Positions 9,705-19,600 of a DNA stretch of 64,000 nucleotides are shown in pieces. Positions within the stretch are counted from its first letter, which is position 1; every line of letters begins with the position of its first letter. This DNA is from Verrucomicrobiia bacterium (GTDB lineage Bacteria; Verrucomicrobiota; Verrucomicrobiia; Limisphaerales; UBA1319): assembly GCA_963664225.1 (NCBI GenBank), contig OY760937.1, positions 3,360,001 through 3,424,000 on the forward strand. Reading direction: 5' to 3'. The notes under the pieces were generated by a model. That model had not been told where the DNA came from and did not search any database. It was given only the letters and a program-made list of their open reading frames with translations. Position numbers and translations under genes: made by a program.

Positions 9705-10073
9705 TCAGGTCGTTGCCGCCGATTTCGCCGCCTCGATCAATTCCCAGAATTTCGGATTATCCTGCAACGCCGCGTCCTCGCCAATCGGCAGGCTCGACCG
9801 GAATAAAAAATCCTTCAGGGAGTTTTTGTTCAATATCCGGTGGACCACCAGCCCCAGATCGTGTCGCTCGAAATAAACCCGATACTCGCCCAACCTGAAG
9901 CGGTGTAATGTCTTGCCGCCTCGCTCCAATTGTCCAAAAGCGTCCATGCTTGACGCCATGATTTGCTGGGGCAAGCCCCGAAACTGCCCCATGATGTGAA
10001 GCTGCAATTCCTTGGGCATGCGTGATAATTCCGCGGCGCTCGTGGGATTAAAAATGATCTGAAAAGGTCGCAT
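9705..10073 (-). CDS. RelE/ParE-fold protein (orphan)
   Basis: FQIIFNPTSAAELSRMP N-terminus and LHRFRLGEYRVYF motif typical of RelE-like folds. No adjacent antitoxin ORF. Confidence 0.7.
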   Translation of the reverse strand: MRPFQIIFNPTSAAELSRMPKELQLHIMGQFRGLPQQIMASSMDAFGQLERGGKTLHRFRLGEYRVYFERHDLGLVVHRILNKNSLKDFLFRSSLPIGEDAALQDNPKFWELIEAAKSAATT

Positions 10074-10148
10074 GTCGTTTTATGGGACAAATATGCTCCA
10101 ACCCATGACCCGGGTCAAGACAGCCTAACCCACCTAACGAACCCTTAT

Positions 10149-10223
10149 TGGTAGCGCGTATGGGAATCGCACCCATCTTTCAGCCTTGAGAGGGCCGTGT
10201 CCTAACTGATAGACGAACGCGCC
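10149..10223 (-). tRNA. tRNA-Glu (anticodon CTC)
   Basis: Minus strand GGCGCGT TC GTCTATCAGTTAGGAC A CGGCC CTCTCAA GGCTG AAAG ATGGG TGCGATT CCCAT ACGCGCT A CCA: a full cloverleaf with encoded CCA. Confidence 0.95.
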
Positions 10224-10246
10224 GCCCATTGGTCACTTGACACATG

Positions 10247-10274
10247 ATCCTATCGGCACAAAAAAAACTGTCAA
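10247..10274 (-). promoter_or_regulatory. Candidate sigma70 promoter of tRNA-Glu
   Basis: Minus strand TTGACA-N16-TAGGAT, 23 nt upstream of the tRNA 5' end. Confidence 0.55.
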
Positions 10275-10367
10275 TCCTGCCGGTAAATTATTTGAAAGTT
10301 CGGAGTTTTTCGCCCTCTGTGCGTCATTTTCGCAACGCATTGCGTTAATATGGCGCATTTTAGCCTG

Positions 10368-11486
10368 TTAACGCGCCGCCCGGCTCTCAATATTGAGAAT
10401 CCCCGCATCCCCACACTGCGCGCGTTGTCGCAGCGCATGGTCCACTAGCACAAGTGCCGTCATCGCCTCGACCATGGGCACCGCCCGGGGCAGCACACAG
10501 GGATCGTGACGTCCGCGTCCTTTAAGCGTCGTGTTCTTAAACCGGATATCCACAGTGTCCTGTTCCACCATGACAGTGGCCACCGGCTTAAACGCCGTGC
10601 GGAAATAGATGGTTGCACCGTTCGAAATCCCCCCCTGAATGCCGCCGGAACGGTTGGTGGGAGTGAAAACCTTGCCGGCTCGGGCGCGGAAAGCATCGTT
10701 ATGACTCGTGCCCGTCAGCCACACACTCTCAAATCCCAGCCCGATGTCGAATCCCCGCGCCGCTGGCAGGCTCATCATCGCCTTGGCCAGATCCGCCGTG
10801 AGCTTGTCGAACACCGGTTCGCCCCAGCCCGGCGGCACACCACGGGCCACGCCTTCCACCAATCCTCCCACGCTGTCCCCCTCCCGGCGCATTTTCTCGA
10901 TCAACCGGATCATTTTTGTCGCCGCAGCCTGGTCTGGACATCGGACGATGTTCGATTCGATGTCGGATTCCTGAACGGTCTCAGGATCCACCCTGGCCAG
11001 AATCTTTTGCACCTGGCTGACATACGCCAGCACTTGAACGCCAAATTGCTCGCGCAACAGTTTTTTCGCAATGGCTCCCGCCGCCACCCGTCCGCTCGTT
11101 TCACGGGCGCTGGCCCGTCCGCCGCCCTGCCAGTTGCGGATCCCGTATTTGGCAAAATAGGTGTAATCCGCATGCGAAGGCCGGAATTTCTCAGCCATCT
11201 CCGAATAGGCCTCGGGCCGGGCATCCTCGTTCTTCACCCACATGGAAATGGGCGTCCCCAGGGTCTTGCCTTCAAAAGTGCCGGATAGAATCTGAACCGT
11301 GTCGGATTCCTTGCGGGGCGTGACAATGCTCGATTGCCCCGGCCGACGCCGGTCCAGGTCGGGTTGAATATCCGCCTCGGTCAGTCCGAGACGCGGCGGA
11401 CAGCCATCGACAACCACGCCGACGCCCCCTCCATGTGATTCGCCCCACGTCGTGACGCGAAAGAGATGACCAAAGGTGTTTCCCAT
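10368..11486 (-). CDS. aroC: Chorismate synthase
   Basis: [47 protein letters not shown]. Confidence 0.98.
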   Translation of the reverse strand: MGNTFGHLFRVTTWGESHGGGVGVVVDGCPPRLGLTEADIQPDLDRRRPGQSSIVTPRKESDTVQILSGTFEGKTLGTPISMWVKNEDARPEAYSEMAEKFRPSHADYTYFAKYGIRNWQGGGRASARETSGRVAAGAIAKKLLREQFGVQVLAYVSQVQKILARVDPETVQESDIESNIVRCPDQAAATKMIRLIEKMRREGDSVGGLVEGVARGVPPGWGEPVFDKLTADLAKAMMSLPAARGFDIGLGFESVWLTGTSHNDAFRARAGKVFTPTNRSGGIQGGISNGATIYFRTAFKPVATVMVEQDTVDIRFKNTTLKGRGRHDPCVLPRAVPMVEAMTALVLVDHALRQRAQCGDAGILNIESRAAR

Positions 11487-11712
11487 ATTAACGATGCGAA
11501 CGCAAACATACCCGGCCCCGCCTGAAACGTAAAACGCAAAACGTCATGCGCCTCCTCAATTCCGCTGAACACCATCCTCTTAGTAATAGCCAATCAGTGT
11601 TTAAAACCGATCGCTCCCCGCCAAGCGCCCTGGAATTGGCATTGCGGTCCCGGCTCGTTCGGGGATAATGCAGGCAACCGAACGCGCCTGGGGCGCGCGC
11701 GGTTTTCGTCAC

Positions 11713-12417
11713 ATGATCGACTGGAAAATTCAATCCAGGGCGCGGGCCTGTCAGGCGTGCGCCCGTCCGTTTGTCGAGAAGCAGCTTTACTACACGCTGC
11801 TGCTGGACAAACGCAACATACTGGAACGCTCGGATGTCTGTGCCGCCTGCTGGGAGGCCCAATACGCCGAGGGCGCGCATGACCGCAAGGGCTTTCTGTC
11901 CTTCTGGCATGGCGTTTACAATGCCCCGACACCGCCGCCCGCCGAGGCCATACGCAAGGAATCCGCCGAGACGCTCCTGCGCAAGCTGGTTCAGAGTGCT
12001 GATCCAGCCCATGGTCCCGCCTGTTTCATCCTGGCGGTCATGCTCGAACGCAAGCGCATTTTACGCGTCAAGGCCCAGACAACGCTGGATGGCCGTCGTC
12101 AAATTGTTTACGAGCACCCCAGGGAAGGCGACCTGTTTCAAATCACCGATCCCAATCTCCAGCTTCAACAGTTGGAAGCCGTGCAACGCCAGGTGGCCGA
12201 TCTCCTCGAACACGGCCTGCCGGATTCCGGTGAGAACCCTCCACAATCCGCTCCCGTTCTGGCTGCCACGGAAGCTGCGGAGGATCAAGAGTCAGAGACG
12301 GTGTCGGAATCCGCTCCAGAGCCCGCACCAGATCTGGCGTCCGTTAACCCGGTCGAGCCGGGGCCTGAAGCCACCCCTGGAGCCGTCGTTGACCAGACGC
12401 CACCCCCGCCCGCATAA
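11713..12417 (+). CDS. Hypothetical protein with two CxxC motifs and an acidic Pro-rich tail
   Basis: MIDWKIQSRARACQAC...DVCAACW...LAVMLERKRILR. The stop overlaps the rnc start (TAATG). The start could alternatively be 11668. Confidence 0.75.
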   Translation: MIDWKIQSRARACQACARPFVEKQLYYTLLLDKRNILERSDVCAACWEAQYAEGAHDRKGFLSFWHGVYNAPTPPPAEAIRKESAETLLRKLVQSADPAHGPACFILAVMLERKRILRVKAQTTLDGRRQIVYEHPREGDLFQITDPNLQLQQLEAVQRQVADLLEHGLPDSGENPPQSAPVLAATEAAEDQESETVSESAPEPAPDLASVNPVEPGPEATPGAVVDQTPPPPA

Positions 12418-13184
12418 TGACAGGAGAGCGCATGGAGGATTTGGATCACCTGATGGATTTGCTGGGATACACCTTTCGCGACAAGGATCTGCTGCGCCAG
12501 GCCCTCATCCACCCCTCGTTGCTGCGCGAGAATGAACCCATTCCCCGCAACAACCAGCGGCTGGAGTTCCTCGGTGACGCCGTTCTCCAACTCTCCCTGA
12601 CCAACGAGCTTTACGAGAAGCATCCGGACCTGGGCGAAGGTCCGCTCACCAAGGCCCGCGCCCAAATGGTCAACCGCCACTCCCTGGCCAGCCTGGGTCG
12701 CCGTCTAAACCTGGGCGACCACCTATACATGAGCCGGGGCGAGGCCGCCAACGGCGGACGCCAGCGAATTTCCTGCGTCGCGGATGCCTTTGAAGCCGTG
12801 CTTGGCGCGATTTTTCTGGATGCGGGCTACGATACCGCACGCCGGTTTGTCCTGGATCAATTCGCGGACGCCCTCAAGCAGGTCAACGCCCAGTCGGTCG
12901 ATGACAATCCCAAAGGCGAACTCCAGGAAATCCTCCAGGCCCAATCGCCCAAGGCGCCCACCTACGAAATGCTCTCCGCCAGCGGACCCGATCACGACCG
13001 CGTGTTCGAATGCCGTGTGCTCCATCTCGGTGTCGAATTGGGCCGGGGCACAGGAAAAAACAAAAAAGAAGCCGAATGCCAGGCCGCGCTTGCGGCCCTG
13101 AAAGCCCTGCGAGAATCAAGTTCGGTTGGGAACGTTCACAATGGCCCGCCAGCTTCCAGCCCCGACCGCATTTCCCATCAATAG
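12417..13184 (+). CDS. rnc: Ribonuclease III
   Basis: NQRLEFLGDAVL signature, DAFEAVLGAIFLD, and a C-terminal dsRBD (PKGELQE...GPDH...GKNKKEAE). Confidence 0.97.
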   Translation: MTGERMEDLDHLMDLLGYTFRDKDLLRQALIHPSLLRENEPIPRNNQRLEFLGDAVLQLSLTNELYEKHPDLGEGPLTKARAQMVNRHSLASLGRRLNLGDHLYMSRGEAANGGRQRISCVADAFEAVLGAIFLDAGYDTARRFVLDQFADALKQVNAQSVDDNPKGELQEILQAQSPKAPTYEMLSASGPDHDRVFECRVLHLGVELGRGTGKNKKEAECQAALAALKALRESSSVGNVHNGPPASSPDRISHQ

Positions 13185-13477
13185 TGGCGAAGGACGACCC
13201 TGTAGCAACCAATACAATTGCGCCGCGCCGCGCGTCAATCGTACGGGGAATCTTGCATTAATATTATGGGACTCGATGCAATACAACGGCGTCCTTGCAA
13301 ATCGTTTTGTTGTTCTCGCCGTGATGGTTCAATCAAGCGCTTTCCTGCCGACGAGTTCAAATATGCTCAAGGGCGACCCAGTTTTTTTGGCATATAGGAT
13401 TATTCCCTATAAGGGATTAGGTCTGCTCCCTATTGTCAGAAATGAGGGAAAATACTAATCTGTCAGTCCAATACCAA

Positions 13478-13561
13478 TTGCAATTGGAAGAGATTCTGGT
13501 ATAATTTGTGTTGGGGAGAAACTTTGGCACAGTTTGCAATCGGGAGAAAATCTGGTACAAT
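13478..13561 (+). repeat. Three tandem 28-bp repeats, two of which resemble sigma70 promoters
   Basis: TTGCAATTGGAAGAGATTCTGGTATAAT / TTGTGTTGGGGAGAAACTTTGGCACAGT / TTGCAATCGGGAGAAAATCTGGTACAAT, head to tail. Copies 1 and 3 are TTGCAA-N16-TA(T/C)AAT with a TGn extension. Confidence 0.7.
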
Positions 13562-13651
13562 AGCGTGGTTTTAGGTTCGGCTGCAAAAATCGGAAACGGC
13601 ATTTGCAGTATTCGGTCGTCGTTTTGGAAATTTAAGGAAAAGTTAAGCATC

Positions 13652-16600
13652 ATGAAAAGCTGTAATTCGCCAACTAACCTCAGAAACTTCATTTCCCAAA
13701 GCGCCAAAACCAACTGGGCACAAGGCTGCCTGCGATTTGCGTTGGCCGCGTTCATGGTGGCAATGCTGGCTTTCACCGCCAGGGCCGACATCCTGGTGAT
13801 TCCCAACGTCGGACCTTTTGCGGGTGGCAACACCGTCACAATCACCAACACCACTGCCACCTTCGGTACGATCACAAACGTTCTTCTCGATGGCGTGCAG
13901 GCGACCATTGACGCGACCGATGCGACCTCTGTGACCTTCACCGCCCCGGCGGTCGGCTCGGCCGGGCTCAAGGACATCCTTATTCAGACCGCTGAAAATG
14001 TGGACACCACATTGACCGGCGCCTACACGGTGAATCCGGCGGGCCAGATCGGCGTCAGTGTTCCCGGTTCAGGTGGATGGACCAACCTGAGCACCGGCAC
14101 CGACAACAGCGTCTGGTCTCTGGCCTATGACGGCGCCAACGTATATGCGGGCGGCGATTTCCTGACCGCTGGTGGCGTTCCGGCCAATTACGTGGCCAAG
14201 TGGGACGGGACGACCTGGTCGAATCTTGGCAGCGGTATGAACGGCACGGTTTACGCTTTGGTGCGTGCCGGCGCCAACCTCTACGCGGGTGGCGCGTTTA
14301 CGACCGCCGACGGCGCGACGGTCAACTCTGTGGCCGTGTGGAACGGAGCAAGCTGGAGTCCTCTGGGCACTGGCATGGACGGCACGGTTAACTCCCTGGC
14401 CTTTGACGGCGTGAATCTCTATGCGGGCGGTTTCTTTACAACCGCTGGCGGTGTACCTGCCAGTAACATTGCCATGTGGAATGGGGCCAGTTGGTCCGCA
14501 GTCGGTACCGGCACGGACGGCGCGGTGCTTGCCTTGACCTACAATGGCACGATCCTTTACGCGGGCGGCGACTTCCTGAATGCCGGTGGCGTAACAGTCA
14601 ATTACGTTGCGATGTGGGACGGCACTACATGGGCCCCCCTTGGCTCCGGCATGGATTCCACGGTGCTTACCCTGACGCATGACAGTGCAAACCTTTACGC
14701 GGGCGGCGCGTTTACGTCGGCCAATGGTGCGTCGGCCGCTTATGTCGCCATGTGGAATGGCGCGAGTTGGAGCTCCTTGGGTACCGGCATGGACACCCCT
14801 GTTTATGCCCTGACTTCTGACGGAACAAACATTTATGCGGGCGGCACGTTTACAACTGCTGGCGGCGTGGCGGCCAGCTCCGTGGCCATGTGGGACGGGA
14901 CAAGCTGGACAAACATGGCCAGTGGCACGGACGGCTTCGTTTTTGCCCTGGCCCATGCCGGGGTTGATTTGGTTGCGGGTGGGCAGTTTGTCACCGCCGG
15001 TGGCGTCACCGCCATCAACATTGCGGAATGGAATGGCGCAGCCCCCGCGTCCTCAGGCGTGGAACCCAGTTCCGGCCCATATACTGGCGGCTTTACAGTC
15101 GTCATCTCCGGCTCGAACTTGGGCGACGGAGGCGATATTATCGATGTGACTCTGTGTGGCGTGAGCGTCGCCTCCATCACCAGCCAGTCCGCCTCGCAAG
15201 TCATTGTGGTGGCAGGGGTGGGCACTCCAGGCTTGGGCGATGTGCGGGTTTTCTCCAAATCCTTTGGAGAAACCGTCAAACTCAATGGCTTTACCTACAC
15301 CGGTCCGGGCATGCAAGTGCTGGGCGTGGACGGTTCAGTGATCGCCACGGACAGCGGCGCCTCTCTTGCAAACGGCACAGCCTTCGGGCATATCCTCGTC
15401 GGAACCTCCGTCATTCACACCTTCACCCTGACTAACAACGCTCCAACGGAAGCGGGTATTGCAGGTTACGCAACCAACGGGCCGGATGCGGCCTTCTTTG
15501 GAGTGACAGGAATTCCGGCAACCATTCCCGGTGCGGGCTCGGTCCCCATCACCGTAACCTACCACCCCCTGACCATCGGCAGCCACACGGCCTTTCTAAC
15601 GATCACAAACGATCCTGCCGCGGCTCCCTACACGGTGAACCTGTCCGGCTCGGCCTTCCAGATCTCCCCCGTCATCGGACCTTTTGCGGGCGGCAACACG
15701 GTCACAATCACCAACGGCGGCTTGGGCACGATCACCAACATCCTCGTGGGCGGTGTGCAGGCTGCAATTGTCAGTGCTCTTGCGGATTCAGTGACCTTCA
15801 CGATGCCAGCTTTTACCACGCCTGGGATCAAGGACATCGTCATTCAGACCTCAGACAGCGGGAGTTTCACCTTGGTCGGCGCCTACACAGTGAATCCGGC
15901 GGGCCAGATCGGCTCCAGCGTTGCCACTTCCGGCGCATGGACAAACCTGAGCACCGGCACCGACAACAGCGTCTGGGCTCTGGCCTATGATGGCGTGAAC
16001 GTGTATGCGGGCGGCGATTTCCTGACGGCCGGCGGCGTGCCAGCCAATTACGTGGCCACATGGGACGGGACCAACTGGTCCAACCTCGGCGGCGGGATGG
16101 ATGGCACGGTTTACGCCCTGGTGCGTGCGGGCGCCAATCTGTATGCGGGCGGCGCGTTTACGAACGCCGACGGCGCGACAGTCAATTCTGTGGCCGTGTG
16201 GAACGGCACAAGCTGGAGTCCTCTGGGCACCGGCATGGACGGCACTGTTAACGCCCTGGCCTTTGATGGCGTGAATCTCTATGCGGGTGGCTTTTTTACA
16301 ACCGCTGGCGGTGTGCCTGCCAATAACATTGCTATGTGGAATGGGACCAGTTGGTCCGCAGTCGGTACCGGCACGGATGGCGCGGTGCTCGCTTTGACCT
16401 ACGATGGCGTCAACCTGTACGCGGGTGGCGATTTCGAAGTTGCCGGTGGCGTAGCAGTCGATTTTGTTGCGCGATGGAACGGCACGACTTGGGCCTCTCT
16501 GGGTGCTGGCATGGATTCCACGGTGCTTTCCCTGACATACGACAGCGCGAACCTCTACGCGGGCGGCGCGTTTACGACCGCAGGCGGCGCATTGGCAAAC

Positions 16601-19600
16601 CATGTGGCCATGTGGAACGGGACAAGCTGGAGCCCTCTGGGCACCGGCATGGATACCAGCGTTTCCGCGCTGACTTCTGACGGAACAAATTTGTTTGCGG
16701 GCGGCACATTTACAACCGCTGGCGGAGTCCCGGCCAGCTCCGTGGCCATGTGGGACGGGACAAGCTGGACCAACATGGCCAGTGGCACGGACGGCTTCGT
16801 TTTTGCCCTGGCCCATGCCGGGCTTGACCTGGTTGCAGGCGGGCAGTTCGCCACCGCCGGTGGCGTCACCGCCATCAACATTGCGGAGTGGAATGGCACA
16901 GCCCCCGCATCCTCCGGTGTGGAACCCAATTCCGGCCCCTGGACCGGCGGTTTTACGGTCGTCATCTCCGGCTCGAACCTGGGTGACGGTGGCGATATTA
17001 TCGATGTGACTCTGTGCGGCGTGAGCGTCGCCTCCATCACCAGCCAGTCCGCCTCTCAAGTAATTGTCGTGGCTGGAGTGGGCACTCCCGGTTTGGGTGA
17101 TGTGCGCGTCTTCTCCAAATCGTTTGGCGAGACCGTCAAACTCAACGCCTTTACCTACACTGGTTCCAGTCTGGAAGTGCTGGGCGTGGACGGTTCCGTG
17201 ATCGCCAGCGACACGACTCCTTCTTTGGCAAACGGTTCCGCCTTCGGTCATGTCCCCGTGGGATCATCCATCCTTCACAACTTCACCCTGACCAACAGTG
17301 GCCCGGTGGATTTGAATATTTCTGGATTTGCGACCGATGGAACGGATGCGGCATATTTTGCCGTGGCGGGGATTCCGGCAATCGTCCCGGCTGGCGGCGC
17401 GGCCGCCTTTACGGTGACCTACAACCCTCTGGTCGTTGGTGATCACACAGCCTTGCTCACCATTACGAACGATTCCCCCACCAATCTCTATCTGGTGAAT
17501 CTTTCCGGATCGGCCTTCCAGGTCACCCCCGCCAGCGGCCCGTTTGCGGGTGGGAATACAGTCGTAATCAACAATGGCAATCTGGGCGCAATCACCAGTA
17601 TTTTGGTGGGCGGCGTGCCTGCGCTTTTTGATGAGTTCAGTGCAAACCAGGTAACAATCACCATTCCCGCAATTGGCTCTTCCGGGCTCGTGGACATCGT
17701 GATTCAGACTTCTGACATTGGCAATATCACGCTGGCCGGGGCCTACACGGTCAACCCGGCGGGACAGATCGGGGGCTTTGTAACCGGGCCAAATGCCTGG
17801 ACGAACCTCGACAGCGGACTTAACGAGCGAGTGTATTACGGTTTGGCCTATGACGGGACCAACCTGTTTGCGGGTGGACTCTTTACCACGGCCGGCGGAC
17901 AGCCAGCCAATTACGTGGCCCGGTGGGACGGCACAAACTGGTTCAACCTCGGCATCGGCATGGACGAGAGGGTGCTTAGCTTGCTCCTGGTCGGCACCAA
18001 CCTCTATGCGGCTGGAGATTTCACGCACGCAGGTGGAGTGTCGGCAAATCATGTCGCCAGGTGGGACGGAACGAGTTGGTCCGCAGTTGGCAGCGGCATG
18101 AATAATTCGGTTAACACCCTCGCGTATGACGGAACCTACCTCTATGCGGGCGGTGATTTCACGCTCGCAGACGGCTTGCCTGCCAACAATATGGCCAGGT
18201 GGGATGGCACAAGCTGGTCGAGTGTCGGCGGCGGAATGAGCGGTTCAAGCGATTCTGTTCGCGCTCTGGTGGTTGACGGCCCGAATCTATATGTGGGTGG
18301 CAGCTTTGCGACTGCCGGGGGCGTGCCTGTCAGCAATATGGCCAGGTGGGATGGCACGACATGGTCAAGCTTGGGCACCGGCATGAACGGCGGTGTTTAT
18401 CGCTTGGAGCTTGTCGGGACGAGTCTGTATGCGGGAGGGTCATTCACAACCGCTGGCGGCGTGCCCGCCGACGATGTGGCGATGTGGGACGGCACGAGCT
18501 GGAGCGCTCTTGGCCTCGGCATGGACAGCACCATATTCGCTATGGCGCATGATGGGACAAACCTGTACGCGGGTGGCGCATTTACAACAGCAGACAATCA
18601 GCCTGCGAATTATGTCGCGATGTGGAATGGCACCACTTGGACGAACCTCGGCACCGGCATGGACGGGCGCGTTTTATCTTTGCTGCATGACGGGAAGTCA
18701 TTGTATGCGGGCGGCTGGTTCACGAACGCCGGCGGGGTGCTCGTCAACCACATCGCCAAATGGACCGCTCCGGTTACTCCGTTTACAGGAGTGGAACCCA
18801 GTTCCGGTCCCTGGACCGGTGGCTTTACGGTGGTCATCTCCGGCTCGAACCTGGGCAATGGATCGGATATCACCAACGTGACGTTGAATGGTGCCAGTGT
18901 CGCCTCCATCACCAGCCAGACCTCGTCCGAGGTTGTGGTGGTGGCTGCGGCAGGCGCCCCGGGATTGGGCGACGTGCGGGTCTTTTCCACGAGTTTTGGT
19001 GAAACCGTGAAACCCAACGCCTTTACCTATACCGCCCCGGGCCTGCAGGTTCTGGACTCCAACGGCCTCTTGGTTGCCAATGACAGTCCCGCCTCCCTGG
19101 TGAGCGGCACGGACTTCGGAAGTGTCAACTTGGGTTCTTCCGTCGTTCATACCTTCAGCCTGACCAATGACGGAACGACAGATCTGACCATTACAGGTTA
19201 TTCGACGAATGGACCTGACGCGGCGAATTTTGCGGTGGATGGTATTCCGACAACCATCCCGGTCGGCGGTCAGACCAGTTTCACGATTACCTACAGCCCC
19301 TTGTCCGCGGGGGGTCACACGGCCTATCTTACGATTACCAACGATTCGCCTGCGAATCCCTACATCGTGAACCTTGCCGGTTCGGCCTTCTCAGTGATCC
19401 CCAACGTCGGGCCTTTTGGGGGCGGCAACACGGTCACACTTAACAACGGCCTTTTCGGCACGATCACCAACGTGTTGGTGGGAGGCGTGCAGGCCACAAT
19501 CCTGAGTTCTGCCGCGAATTCCGTGACCTTCATAATGCCGGCCTTCGCTTCGGCCGGGGTCAAGGACATTGTCCTCCAGACCTCCGATAATGGGGAAATC

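Noticed and set aside
9705..10149. tRNA-Glu 3' end as an integration site for an island carrying the RelE-like gene
   Set aside because: No integrase and no duplicated tRNA 3' fragment were seen in the window.
11525..11544. Short heptamer repeat AAACGTAAAACGCAAAACGT between aroC and the CxxC gene
   Set aside because: Only three imperfect units, too short to distinguish from chance or a low-complexity scar.
13525..13539. TGGCAC...TTGCA resembling a sigma54 promoter
   Set aside because: The spacing is GG-N8-GC, not the required GG-N10-GC.
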